A stretch of 64,000 nt of DNA from Iphione sp. A-MEVVRFRX5 (taxonomy: Eukaryota), in assembly GCA_976226885.1 (NCBI GenBank), contig OZ320315.1:84258001-84322000 (forward strand). Direction: 5' to 3'. The notes under the pieces are model-generated. The model was not told the origin of the DNA. It did no database searches and was given only the letters and a program-made list of their open reading frames with translations. Position numbers and translations under genes: made by a program. This document shows, in pieces, positions 12,851-24,763 of this stretch (the stretch's first letter is position 1; each line of letters begins with the position of its first letter).

Positions 12851-15219
12851 CTTTCTGGAAACTGTGCTGACTATTGATGATGTCGTACGAAGCGCTTTGT
12901 ACATTATTATGGTAATTAATTTAATACAATAGCTTTTTATACACATGTACATGTGGTAAAGCAGTGTCTCACCGTTACCTTAAGTGCTTCTAACTTGGAA
13001 CTGTGTGCTGCGTTCTCTCTATACTTTCTGGCTTGTCTAAATGTATGCCCACGTCCGAGAGGAGAACAGTAACTCGGTCTTCACGCATCAAACGTATTTT
13101 ACGTTGCCATTTAAGATCCAAACGGCATGGTGCTTAAGAGTAACTTAGAATAATATCTACGATCAGCTGAACTGAAATATATTCGGAAAAAAACACGGCC
13201 GTCATATCAGGGCACCTTCCAAAGCCCATGGATAAAATATGGCTGGCTGTGAACGATTTCGAAGTCGGTCGCTACAGCAAATGTTCAAGTATATACGCCT
13301 TGGACCTCTGGGTCCACTTAACCCGGCGCCTGGCATATCAACCCCATGGGGTGAAAGCACCAGCCCCCCTGTTGACAAAAACCCTTACCATTCGAGGCTC
13401 ACCTCTTGGTTTATTTCTATTCGTCCAAGCTCAGGAATTCCATGAGAAAATAAATATTCGATAAAAATGGCTTACAGGCGATCACAGCTTCGTAAGTATC
13501 TGTTGTCAAAGCAAACTATTATCTACAGGGGCAGACAAACGGTTGCGACTGTTTTGTCTTCTGAGGCCTTCAGACAGCTGGCCTTGCTGGATGTTGGCAC
13601 TTTATCACCGGCCTCTCCCAGCCGCAATCTGTAGTTTGATCATCGGTGGCCCATTCTGTGTAACGCCGTGCTGATCTCGGTCAATAGGGTCAAATTGTGT
13701 GGCGACGACTGGAGCGCCTATAGGGCACAGCGGGACAAACCAAAATTGCAGTGACTTTGTTTGTCTTGGCCTCCTGTCATCGGGCAGTAATGACCTACAA
13801 GACAAACATTCAAAAGGAATCGGCCTTTTTTATACAGTAGGAGTTGACCTTTTTTGAGAGTCACCGATGCTTGATTCGTGCCACTATCAGGAGATGTTGA
13901 AAACGGAAAACAACCTCACTACTAGTTCCTGCTTCCAAATTTAAAGCATTTGACGATCAAAACAGAAGGCTATCGATGATGTGCCCAAAATAAGCAGTTG
14001 AATCCATGGTTAAAAATGTTTTTCATTGCCTTAATGAGTTTGTGGCTCGACAGTTGGACTAGTACGGCAAAAGTATCAACTGATCTTGTTGTGTAGGTCA
14101 TTAACGACAACATTGTCAAACGAACGATGATGAACTCATTCGTCTTTGATGATGTACTACAAGGGTCAGTGAGGGGGACTGATGTGATTATCGTCATCAG
14201 ATCTAAAATGGTGCTGTTGGAAAACGCCAGCTATAAGGCGCCTCAATTAGACAGCTGGCGACGCTGGACCTGCAACTGCTGAGCATTTCTACAGACAAAA
14301 GAATGAAAAAGGAAAAGCGTCAGCGTGCTCAATGTCCCATCCCGACAAATGCTTCCAACCTGCTGTTCGCACTGATCTGAACTCACAACGCTCGGGGTTC
14401 ACTCAGGACACGTCCAATGAAACGTAGGGATGTGTCTATTGATCCTCCAACTATGGCTGATGTTCTTTGCCGCTTGAGCCACTTCGCCACCTTAAATACA
14501 ACTGTGGTGCAACATGCGGGGTACCTGAGTGTTCAGCATATTTTGTCAAGGAGAGCAGCACGGAGAAACAAAACTCTGCCTGACGACTGTTATGCAGGCC
14601 TTGTACAACTCGCTAGATTAAGGAAAAGTAGGCAGGTAGAAGGAAATCGGTGCTGTTCAAGGTCGCAGCAAGCGCATGGCGTTAGGCGTGAAGGATGAGT
14701 CATAGAGGCCTCCACCAGGGGGAGGGGGGCAGGACCTTTATCCTGGGCCCGATGATTGACACCAGCGGGCATCACAGGGGAGCCACCTTGTACTGAAATC
14801 CACTCAAACACCCGGCCAACCCCATAACCGGACTTGCTCGGCCGGCCCCCTCGGCCTTGGACACTGCGGGTGTCGCCAATAGCAGCAGTTTTCCAGTGTC
14901 AGCCATCTTACTTCAAAGACGAGATTTTAGTGAGGCTGGGGTAGCTTGTAAAGGAAGAGGGGTTGGAGGGCCCTGGGAGAGAGAAAACCTCCAACAACGC
15001 GTGGCGAATCTATTGACAAAGCTTTAGCTAGTTTGGCCAAAGCAGCATGTCCATGGTCCATTCTCTATACAGAAGCATAACCCAGCACGGGCTCTTTAAG
15101 TGAGTTTCCTTTTTTCCCATAGCGTCTGCCTCATACCCACATCAAAGGATTTCTTCTGAATCACAGTGCCATCTCATCAGCCTGTTGGGTCTGATTCCAA
15201 CAGAGCTATCATCGGTATG

Positions 15220-15520
15220 ATGGCAGACATCTTTGCAGATCAATATCTGATCGGAAATGACTATCAAAGCCGCCGCCTGCGACATGAATGTGCTGGACTG
15301 GAGTGTACTTCTCCAGGGTTGGCTGTGTCAACAAGAGACGGTTGGATCCCACAGACGACTCGTTCACACCACTTCCTACTGCCGACTGGGTTTTGGCTGG
15401 GATATATTGCTCCGCGTTGGGTTCTACGTGATGATACTGGAAGCATCAAAAGGCTATGATCTACTAGGCCTGTCAAAAGGCAGCACTTTTATGAAGGCTC
15501 CCTGCCGTGGGACAAGTTCA
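15220..15520 (+). mobile_element. Decayed RTE-clade LINE fragment (C-terminal part of ORF, frameshifted)
   Basis: Across shifting frames: SE-M-TIKAAACDMNVLDW (cf. RTE YGSETWTLKAA...LNVF), RL..WLGYIAPR (cf. RLRWLGHVAR), TRPVKRQHFYEGSLPWDK (cf. RLPKQLFYGELxWGKR). The motifs are in the right order and spacing but interrupted by stops and frameshifts. Recognised by eye only. Confidence 0.45.
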
Positions 15521-16678
15521 TCGTATTATTACAGAAGGAGAGTGTATGGGATGTTTGGTGTTCTTAGTGATTGTTATTTAGCATGGCTGGATTCTCATTC
15601 GGCTTGACTGCTCCGACAGGACCACCTTCCGAGAGGCTCTTATTCATTATGTACATGAGAACCTTTCAGTGGATCGTTTGCTATATCTAGAATTCGTATC
15701 ATAACGTTCAGGGTGGTCTGGTGCCGGGTGCCTGACGGTTGGTGAAAGAGAATACTCCGCAGTTGGTTACGACTTGTTAGAAAAAAGTAGTGCTGTCATT
15801 TTTCGTCTGCCAAGGGCCTGTATGGAATTCCTCTAGTGTGATTGCTGGAATGCAAACACCTTGCCCTTCTTTTCCTGCTGGCTGACAGCTTTTATAAAAA
15901 CGGAGCCGGGATGAGCCAACCCTGAGATAAAACCAAGTCATTTAGTGACTAGATATATGAGAAGATGACAGAAATATTGCTTATAAGAGGCCGTGCGTTT
16001 TTATGTGTTCTCACCCATCTCAACAGAGTATCTCCGTGAGAAACTAAGTGCTCCCTGAAATCGCCACTAGCTAAACATCATTTGGCATCGTGGAGATCTT
16101 CGTAAAATGAGAAGATCCTTCTCGCCCGTTGTAGTGTAGCCTTGCGTAAGCGTGCTAGCCTTGGCGTTCAGTTCGCCGGGGGGCCGCCAGAGGCACGGAT
16201 CGTTAGGCACAGCTTGCAGTGTGTGAGGGGCGTCCGAAGGGCGGAGTATATGGGGTTAACACCCGCATAGCTTCACAGCCACAGCCAACAACAATCTCCG
16301 ACGGCTGGGGGCTTGCTGCCTATAAGACGGAAAGACAAGCAAATTACGGCTGCTGTGGCACATTAGTTTAGCAGCCACCTCCTGCCGTCAGGCTCTTCCT
16401 TCAGAGGAGAGGATTCTTCCACTGGTGTGGAGTTCTGGGCATTATACAACAAACGTGCTTCGGTAGGGTGAAAGCAGCCAGATTGCGAATAAATGAGTTA
16501 TAGAAATTAGATCTTAAAACAAGACCAAGGTATTAGATAAGCCAAAAATAATATCCTATCCAGAGAATACCAGGTAGAACGATGCGGACATAATTTTGTT
16601 ATGCAGCATGACGTCCATTTTGTTTGGATAGCTGCAATTTCCTTCATTGGTATTCAGCTGTGTGTGGGATTGTTTGGT

Positions 16679-16695
16679 TGTGCGTGTGTGCGTGC

Positions 16696-16730
<35 letters not shown>
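16679..16730. repeat. (GT)n / (GCGT)n microsatellite
   Basis: Seen directly; pure (TG)15 at 16701-16730. Confidence 0.95.
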
Positions 16731-16731
<1 letters not shown>

Positions 16732-17809
16732 CATTCGCGTGGCAGGTCTCTGCCACAGTTGACGGAAGGCGCATCCTCGCCTGATTGGCCAAAACGTGCT
16801 CAATATCAGCAGCACCCTCTGGGGATTTATGCCCAAATGAACATATTGACACCACCAGGGGGTATCATGTGCATGTTTGTTAATGCCCCTAATGGAGGGA
16901 ATGGCTTTCCAGACACCACTGTTTGTCGTGTGATAACCAATCAGCGTAGAATTTCTGATTACATTCTTTTCTTCTATTTCTTCCAGTGTCAGATATTATC
17001 ATTTGTTAAAGTAGACTCGAAAGCATCGAGTCTGATTCTGATTCTCAAGCGTGGTGCGTTTCCAGTCAGACTTAACAGGACAGACAGTAGACGTTATTGA
17101 CATTAATAAGGACTGTTCACCATCATTTGATAAATATCAATGTTCATATGTTGGATAATGGAATGATTTTCAACGTGGCTGTTGCTTTTACCCCTTCACT
17201 AATGTATATGGTGTATCGTTATAAAAACGCGGTGGATGACATTTTCCAGCATCACGGGGAAAAGGGTAAATTACTGAAATGCACATGTTGCTGCAATTCA
17301 AGTAAATACCTTGCGGAACTCTTTGGTCTCCGAAATGCCTGGAGTTCCTGGTAGTAGTTTGATATGTCGGCAGCGAAAAGGGCAGGAGACCGTCGCAAAT
17401 TGGATGCATCTAGCCTGACCGGCATCTAATTAGACAAGATCGCGGGGGGAAAAAGTTGTTTTTCATTTGCTCGGGCAGCTGTTGGTGCATTTTGCTGCTT
17501 GATCAGAAACAGGCGTCTGGCCCCTCCAGGGAAACCCCTCGGCCACTGGAGACCAGTAGCGCCGAGGGCGGCCGGCAGATCGCCCACATCGCCGACTGGG
17601 CCCTGTCGGAGCTCATCTGGTAGCAAATCCATAATCCCATATCCTTGTCGTACAATCAGATGCTTACTTAATGAGCTAATTGCCGTCTATATGCCCATCC
17701 GACGAAGAGTGGAAGGAGACTGGCCAGAGACGGCCGCTTGAGAGGCCGACTTTCACATTGGTGGTGCTCGTACGAGATGTCGGGGTGGGCGGGGGTACAG
17801 TGTAAGCCA

Positions 17810-17968
17810 TATATACATATGTACATACAAACGTACATATATACATATACATAGGCATGCATAAATCTGTCCATTCATACATACATGTATATACATGTAC
17901 ATGTACATACATACAGACGTACGTACGTACATACATACATACGTACATACAGTCAGACATACAGACGA
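17810..17968. repeat. Degenerate (TACA)n / (TACATG)n / (TACG)n compound microsatellite
   Basis: Seen directly; includes three TACATGTA copies. Confidence 0.9.
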
Positions 17969-19607
17969 CGTTCTCTCAGGCCTGGGGTGTAACTGAGTCC
18001 TAATGATGCCCGACAGCAGCGGCCGTCGACTCTGGCAGCAGCCAGCGGACGTGAGACCTGCCTACTGCTGGCACGGCGCCCATGCCCACCCACGGCAACA
18101 TGCCCAGCTCTTCAGCAGGCGTACCCCAACGGGTTTGTAAGGTATCTTTTGAGGCGGTGCGACGTTAGAGTTCAGTACAGACCCCTGGGCTGGCAGGCCC
18201 ACCTGCAAGGTGCAGACCACCCGCCGTCTGGAATTTCGGGTATAGGAAGGCCCACAGTCCGTCTTTTTTACAGTCAAGACGCCCGAACTTCATCGTCAGT
18301 AGGAGTGAAATGTATAACATCCATTTTTTTTTCTAATTCGTTGTCCTTTGTTAAGGTCGACTACTAACCAGACTGATGGATTGACGTATCTATACATATC
18401 TTCTGGTGTGGTTATGACCGTCCACTTCAATAACGCCTACATACCTCGTGGTGGGGAACCGATAAAGACGCTGGTACTGTTTAAAGTGTTGCTAAGACAG
18501 GGCCTTGGTATGAATGGAGCTGAACATGGGTCCAATTTTTCTGTCTCATGGACAAAGACTTGAACTATACCGCCCCTGAATAAACAATGTAACGCAGGCC
18601 TAAATTTCGGAATGCTTTTTACGTCCATAAATACATCGATTCCGGAGGACATAAACAAACGCTCCTTTTCAAAGCACTAAACGCCACCTTGTGCTTTCGC
18701 ACTGAGTCAGCCAGAAGGCAGTCCGTCTCCTGGCCTATCTGCTCATACCACTGACTCTGTCCTATCCAGATTAAAGCCCCCCGCTCCATGGCGCCATCCG
18801 GGCACCTATTACCTCGGCGTCCCCTCTGTCAGCCGCCGTGACACACGAAAGCGCCTCGACTACTTTTTACCGACACCTCACCCTTTAATTTAGGAAATCG
18901 CACTTGGCACACTGCGGCCCTGGCGGCGGCCTGGGGTGGCCGTGTGGGCAGCCATGGGGACCTGGCTACCGGATGACGGCCCGAGCCCGTCGAAGTCGCC
19001 GACAGGTGGCCGCCATAGCATGGCGTGGAGGTTGGGCTTGGGGTCCGAGTAGGGAAGGGCTAAACAAGTGGTGATCCAATAAGGCTCGTGAATAATGTAG
19101 ACTTCCTATAGGTCAGAATGCCAGACCTCAGTCGAGAGTTCCAGCCGCCTGACCTTAGTAACTCAAGAGGAGAAACATAAAAAAGAGGCATTTACTCTGC
19201 AAGTAGCAGGAAACTTATACACCCTTGTTATCTACATAGAAAGTTTGTCTAGAGGATACGTCCGACGTCCTGCTAGTCAAGATTGATTAGTCTAGGATCC
19301 CCAGATATTCTCTATCACCTTCGTATCAAAGAAAGAATTAAAAATGCACGGTGAGACCATTGACACAGACAGGAGAAGTCTTGTTGGGCCGCCGGCTGCT
19401 GGAGACCAATCACTGAGTTGGTAATATGTATACAGAACATTATTGGCATTTTGGTCTTTACCGATACGCCCACTAGCCAATGTTATATGCTTCACACCTA
19501 CTTGGGAGTCCATCGTCTAAAAACAGGAAAAAGTAAGTGCATGTGTTGTTTGTCATACAGACAGTTCCTTTTCTATATGCTTCTAAGCATGCTTATAGTA
19601 TAAAGTC

Positions 19608-19617
19608 AGAGAGAGAG

Positions 19618-19673
<56 letters not shown>

Positions 19674-19737
19674 CGGAGAGAGAGAGACAGCGAGAGGGAC
19701 AGAAAGAGAGACAGACACGCAGATATGCAGAGAGAGA
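19608..19737. repeat. (AG)n microsatellite with degenerate tail
   Basis: Seen directly. Confidence 0.95.
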
Positions 19738-21388
19738 TCACCTTAATCATATCGTCATATAGGACACATATATGGGGTACGGAACATACAAATATTTTGA
19801 ACCTCGTGGAAGGTTCTGATATGGCGTCGATGTGAACATCCGGTTGGTAGAAACGCCGTTGAATATTGTGTTCTCATGCAGCGCGGGCGCGTGGCCGGCG
19901 GCGGCAGCGCTTGCCAAGATAAATGAAGCGCGATCGACCGCGGTGGCCTCCTGGCGAGAAAAACGGAAACTGACCGCCAGTGACCAGGGGAACTATTACC
20001 TCCGCCTGGTGTTGCTCGTACACAAACACTGTTAACTGGTCGGTGCCTTCCGGGCCGCTGTGCCCGTATTTGGGTCAGATTGTAGCGCTCAGCCGCCGAC
20101 GAGGTCAGAAATCAGGAGGGGAAACCTGAGGTCAACACGAGCAGCATGGACCAGGAGACGGCGGGGGGGGGGGGGAATTGATGGCTGCACTAAGCGCTCT
20201 GGACGTCGACTAACTCGGTTTGGCGCCCAATTTGCTACGTGGATCTCTGAAGCGTCTGCCTAAGAATGATGCGATCCAAAGATGGGTAGCTGGGTAAGCA
20301 AATGGGTGATGGCCAAGTTCGAACTGAAGGGTGGGGCGGCCTTAGACGTAGTGGTGGCGTGGCCTTGGCCTGGTGGAATGGGCAATTCTAAGAGCACCTT
20401 CAGGCGGCCACTTGTCTCCGGTAGACGATGGCCTGGAGCCAGGTGGGCTCGCAGGTAAATGGTTCTTGACACTGGACAACAGGCACATTAATCCGGGAGA
20501 ATGGACAAGGGGCCTCAGTTGGAAGTGACCTACAGACCCTCGTTAGTTGGCGATCTACTGAGGTCCATGCCATACTAAAACTGACGCATTGGGTGCTTTG
20601 AACATAGGCACTTACATGTATGATAGTCCTTAATGGATTGTATTATGTAGGTACAAACTGGATGGGACATTCCTGACTTTAATATACCTGTCGGCTTTGG
20701 TATGGTATATTTCAAGATGATAAGAGCTTCCTAAATTATGTTGAGTCTCCGACCGATTTAACAGGTTCCCTGATGTACTCAGTTGTGTAAAGGTTTCCAT
20801 GGATCCAGACAGTCTGCTGGGCCTAGAGCATCGATCCATCGCCTCCGTCCAGACCTGGCAATCCTCTCCCACGTTCTCCTATGTCTGGTTCCTGACCCTT
20901 CCTTGCTAAACTATACCCTTTTCACCAGTCAGGACTCGTATTCCCTTTCTCTGGCAGGCAATCATTCGCCTAGCTAGCTGAAGACAACGATGCTAAACAC
21001 TTCCAGAACCTTTGCTTCTTGAATTTAACATTCTTCATTAGTCTTATTCGATGGAAAGGAAAAACTCTCCAGCATTTTCAAGCCTTCACCCCGACCTCTA
21101 CAAACCAGCCCCTGCAGGCTGATGCGAGCAGTTCCCGGGGCTGACTTTGATGTCAGCTTAGGGCTGATCCTTTGATGAGAAGAGAGGGGTCGGCAGGCTA
21201 AGGTGCGAGGCTTGGCGTAAGAACATTAACGTTCCGATGTTGCTTTCCCTGGATTCCAACTAACGAGAGAAGATTGAGACCATCAAACTGAATCCCCTAA
21301 ACTTCCAGTCTTCTTTCCCTTTGCCCTTTGTGTTTTTTGTTCATTTCCTGTCTGTCTGTCTACCTGTGTCTGCTACTAACTCTTTCGC

Positions 21389-21391
<3 letters not shown>

Positions 21392-21431
<40 letters not shown>
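21392..21431. repeat. (CT)n microsatellite
   Basis: Seen directly. Confidence 0.95.
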
Positions 21432-21434
<3 letters not shown>

Positions 21435-21731
21435 TGATGTTAAAATGTGTCAGATCGTTTAAGGGTGCATCAAAAGGAACGCCCTTAAAGCTAAGCAGCG
21501 TAGAGGCTTTGACCCAGGTAGGCTCTGCTTCGCATGGCTACCTCATGGGAGAATCTGTATAGTGTTTGATAGCCATCAACTTCGTTGTTTACGGTCACCA
21601 TGGGACCTGATGTGCACGTTATAAAACATATAATAAAAATATGACCATTCTCCTCCCAAACGGTTACACTGTAGTCAGCATGCACAATTACACGTGTTTG
21701 GATAAGATGAAAATAAGTGCCTTTTTTGGGG

Positions 21732-21751
21732 GGAGAGAGAGAGACAGAGAC

Positions 21752-21782
<31 letters not shown>

Positions 21783-21880
21783 CAGACAGACACACATACA
21801 CACACACAGACGGACAAACTGACAGAAACCGAGGTGGGGACAGACAGACAGTCAGCTCGGAAGAGAGGCAGACACACTGA
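21732..21880. repeat. Compound (GA)n/(GAGACA)n/(GACA)n/(CA)n microsatellite
   Basis: Seen directly. Confidence 0.9.
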
Positions 21881-24733
21881 GCTGAGAGGCCCGAATGTGT
21901 AAAACTTGTGGATTCATTTATGGTGACTCATGATTAAACTTCTCTTCCCTACACGTTTCAAGTTTTCTCTATCCATCTCGATATAATTTCTGGCCGTGGT
22001 GGCTAAAACAATAAAGCAGCAAGCATGAAGAAGAGACAAGTGCGGGAAGTGGGCGAGGCAATCATTTCACACGCTGGGGTTGCTGCCAGGATATTTCAAA
22101 AGTCGTTAGGGATTGCCACTCTTGCCTGGAACAATCAGCCATGCCGGCTGGGGCTGGCTAGGAGTACTAGCAGGCGGTGGAGAGGTGGAGGGGTGGTGGA
22201 AGTGGGGACTCAGGGTTGGGCGGGGGGAGCTGTCATTCTCTGTAAGTGGATCCGGGCGGAAGGCGTCGGAGGCCGGGTGGGGATTTGACCGGCTCTCTTG
22301 GAGCAGCTCATGCCGTCGGCCGTCCTCCTCCTCCTCCTCTCCTTCACCCTGTCCCCCCTCACATCCCTCACTTCTCGACTGGCAATCCTCTCATGCAGCC
22401 ATCATGTTACACACGAAGAGCTGCTCTTCCCTGCAGCCAGCGGATCATAGCAGGAAAAAACTGCCTGCCATGGGCTTCACCTAGCCTGTCGTACTCTGCA
22501 CTGCTCTCATTTTTATATTTCATGATTTATTTTTGTCCTAAAATTACACTAGCGCATAATGTTACCACTACCATACATCCGAGTGTTCGTGATGAATTGG
22601 ATGATCGCGTTTGGATACGTTTACAATACAGAAAAGCTTTCGTTTTACTATCATTATTATTACCATAACTATAACGGCCTCATCTGATTTAACCATCAGT
22701 AACTCTCAAGAAAACAGCATCATCTTAAAATCCAAGTGCTATATACATTGTAAACCATTGTAATATAAAATTAAGAATTGGAAAAAGATGCATCCGAATA
22801 TACCATTCTAAATAATATCAGTAAACAAAAAAGTGTGATTGTTGGAAATACTTAACGAGTTTGAAGAGTTATATCAATGCATTTATTTTGCCTTGAATTG
22901 CATTATCTTCTCAGCAACGTTACTCGTCTTTTGTTGAGGAAAGAAGAAACTATCCATGGTTTCACAATTTATACTGAAAGGTAAAACTCATTCGCAAACT
23001 AAGCAGCCTATTGTGGAGCAATAATAATTGGGTATCCCTATTTGAATTTAGAGAGAAATGAAGTACAGCATCATATTCACTGGAAATACTAGCTGCTCCT
23101 GCTGATAAATATGAAACATCAAGTATTGCTTTAAGTTGTTCGCATGTATGATATGATGGTCGTAATAATGGGTACAGCAGTATTGATAACTATATTGCAA
23201 ACCTCCATACGTAATTATTGTTTAATTCACATCCGAAGGAAAAGTGGATATCAATACCGCCGAGAGAGTTTCATCCGAAATAACAAAAAGGTAATTGTAA
23301 TTCCAGGGAAACTGAGAAATGAACCGAGCAGGGTTCATGGAAAATTTAATAACGCGATGTTCAGGTGTGGTGTTTCCTATTTTAGGAGAGAATACACTGT
23401 TTCTTTTAACGATGGTTGAGCAGGAGGTTCTTGACCAGGCCTCGGAGTACCGACCTTTTCTCTCCCCTTCCTGCCAACAATCTACTCCTACGTTTATCGA
23501 GCCACAGTTGCTCGCCTAACATCGCTGCACACCTCTCCAATAGGGTGACCTCTGCAACCTTTCACAAGGCTCGTACACGCGTCCTCCCAGGGGGGCTGAG
23601 AGCCTGTTGTTACTCTCTCCTGGAGCACACGCCCCTCCAGGTGACACTATGAGTCATCGCCACTGAGACGCCAGCACACCTGAGATGGTCCCCTTCTTTC
23701 ACCAGACCGCCCCCCCCATCCACCCACATCCCTCCACCTCAGCTACAGAGTGTGTCAGCCTGAGCCCCCACTGAGTCAATCCAAAGATAGTGTCAAAGCA
23801 CAAAAACACCTTTCGTTCCCATTTCCTTTATGCTTATGACGAAAGTATCTCAAACTTCCCTTCGCCCACTGATGGAAAGTGGATGAAAAACAACGCGGAG
23901 ATACGTATTAGAGCAACGGGATACTGTGATACGCAGTGCAGACCAGGTAATGTTATACCTCCCCCCATCCCCCTCTCGGAGAGCCATTCAGGTGGGTTTT
24001 ATTATCTGTGTATTATTGTAAAACAAAATGACACTGGGGAGGTCATGTGATCGCATGGTCGTGACGACGCTGGCTCGGTGACGAATGGAGTGTTTGGATT
24101 AATTGGTTATAATACCAGATGATTTTCGGTAATTTTCAGGTACCTGGGGCGCGGCGAATCCATGAGTCACTCTCGACTAACCTACAGCCAACAACAATGG
24201 CGGAGGACCTGAATACGGTACTGCTTACCATTTAACTTCTTTGGGGAATTCAGCTCTTTGTCAAACGCATTCAAAGACTATCTGAATCTTCAGGTATTGT
24301 TTTTGAAGAAAAAAATACTTCAAAAACAATACCTGCATAAACAATACCTGCATCATGTTTCAATTAAATTTCGGATGAATGCCGAGTTCCTTTTTAAACT
24401 TTTTTTTTGTAATTGGACTTCAGATGACAGGCCTTAATTAAATATCTCTTGGACAGAAATCAGTACAGCTACAGGGAAACTCTCAGGACAGAAAGGGCAA
24501 TGTTTAGCCAAAGATTGTTCTCCAATTGTCTTGCTGGTAATTACAAGTAGCATTGAGCCTGTGCGTTCAAAAAAGGCATTTCCACTTTTAACAGACTACT
24601 GACAGGGGGTCTGCCAAATCCAACCATACTGGAAAAGTAACTTTCTCAAAACTTAGTCGAACATTTCAGAGCAGGTGTTTCGAAAAGGACGTCTCAGCCC
24701 GAATGGCCGGGAAAGCTATATCGTGGGCGGAAG

Positions 24734-24763
24734 GTGTGTGCGTGTGTGTGTGTGTGTGTGTGT
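24734..24763. repeat. (GT)n microsatellite
   Basis: Seen directly. Confidence 0.93.

Noticed and set aside
22200-22340. Minus-strand RPPTP and a P/S/E-rich frame reminiscent of PDZRN4 KLRPPTPP
   Set aside because: Low-complexity sequence bounded by stops, with no polypyrimidine acceptor or suitable donor.
23645-23651. CACTATG heptamer and GCCATCTTG 9-mers (3495, 30499), recalled as ProtoRAG/RSS-like TIR parts
   Set aside because: The heptamer and 9-mer never co-occur at the 27/31-bp spacing, there is no partner TIR or TSD, and there is no RAG/Transib-like coding sequence.
24140-24217. Plus-strand exon-like unit (ttttcag| ... acaATGGCGGAGGACCTGAATACG|gtactg, MAEDLNT)
   Set aside because: No supporting downstream plus-strand coding exons were found and there is an upstream out-of-frame ATG. 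Kept only as a weak antisense-exon possibility.
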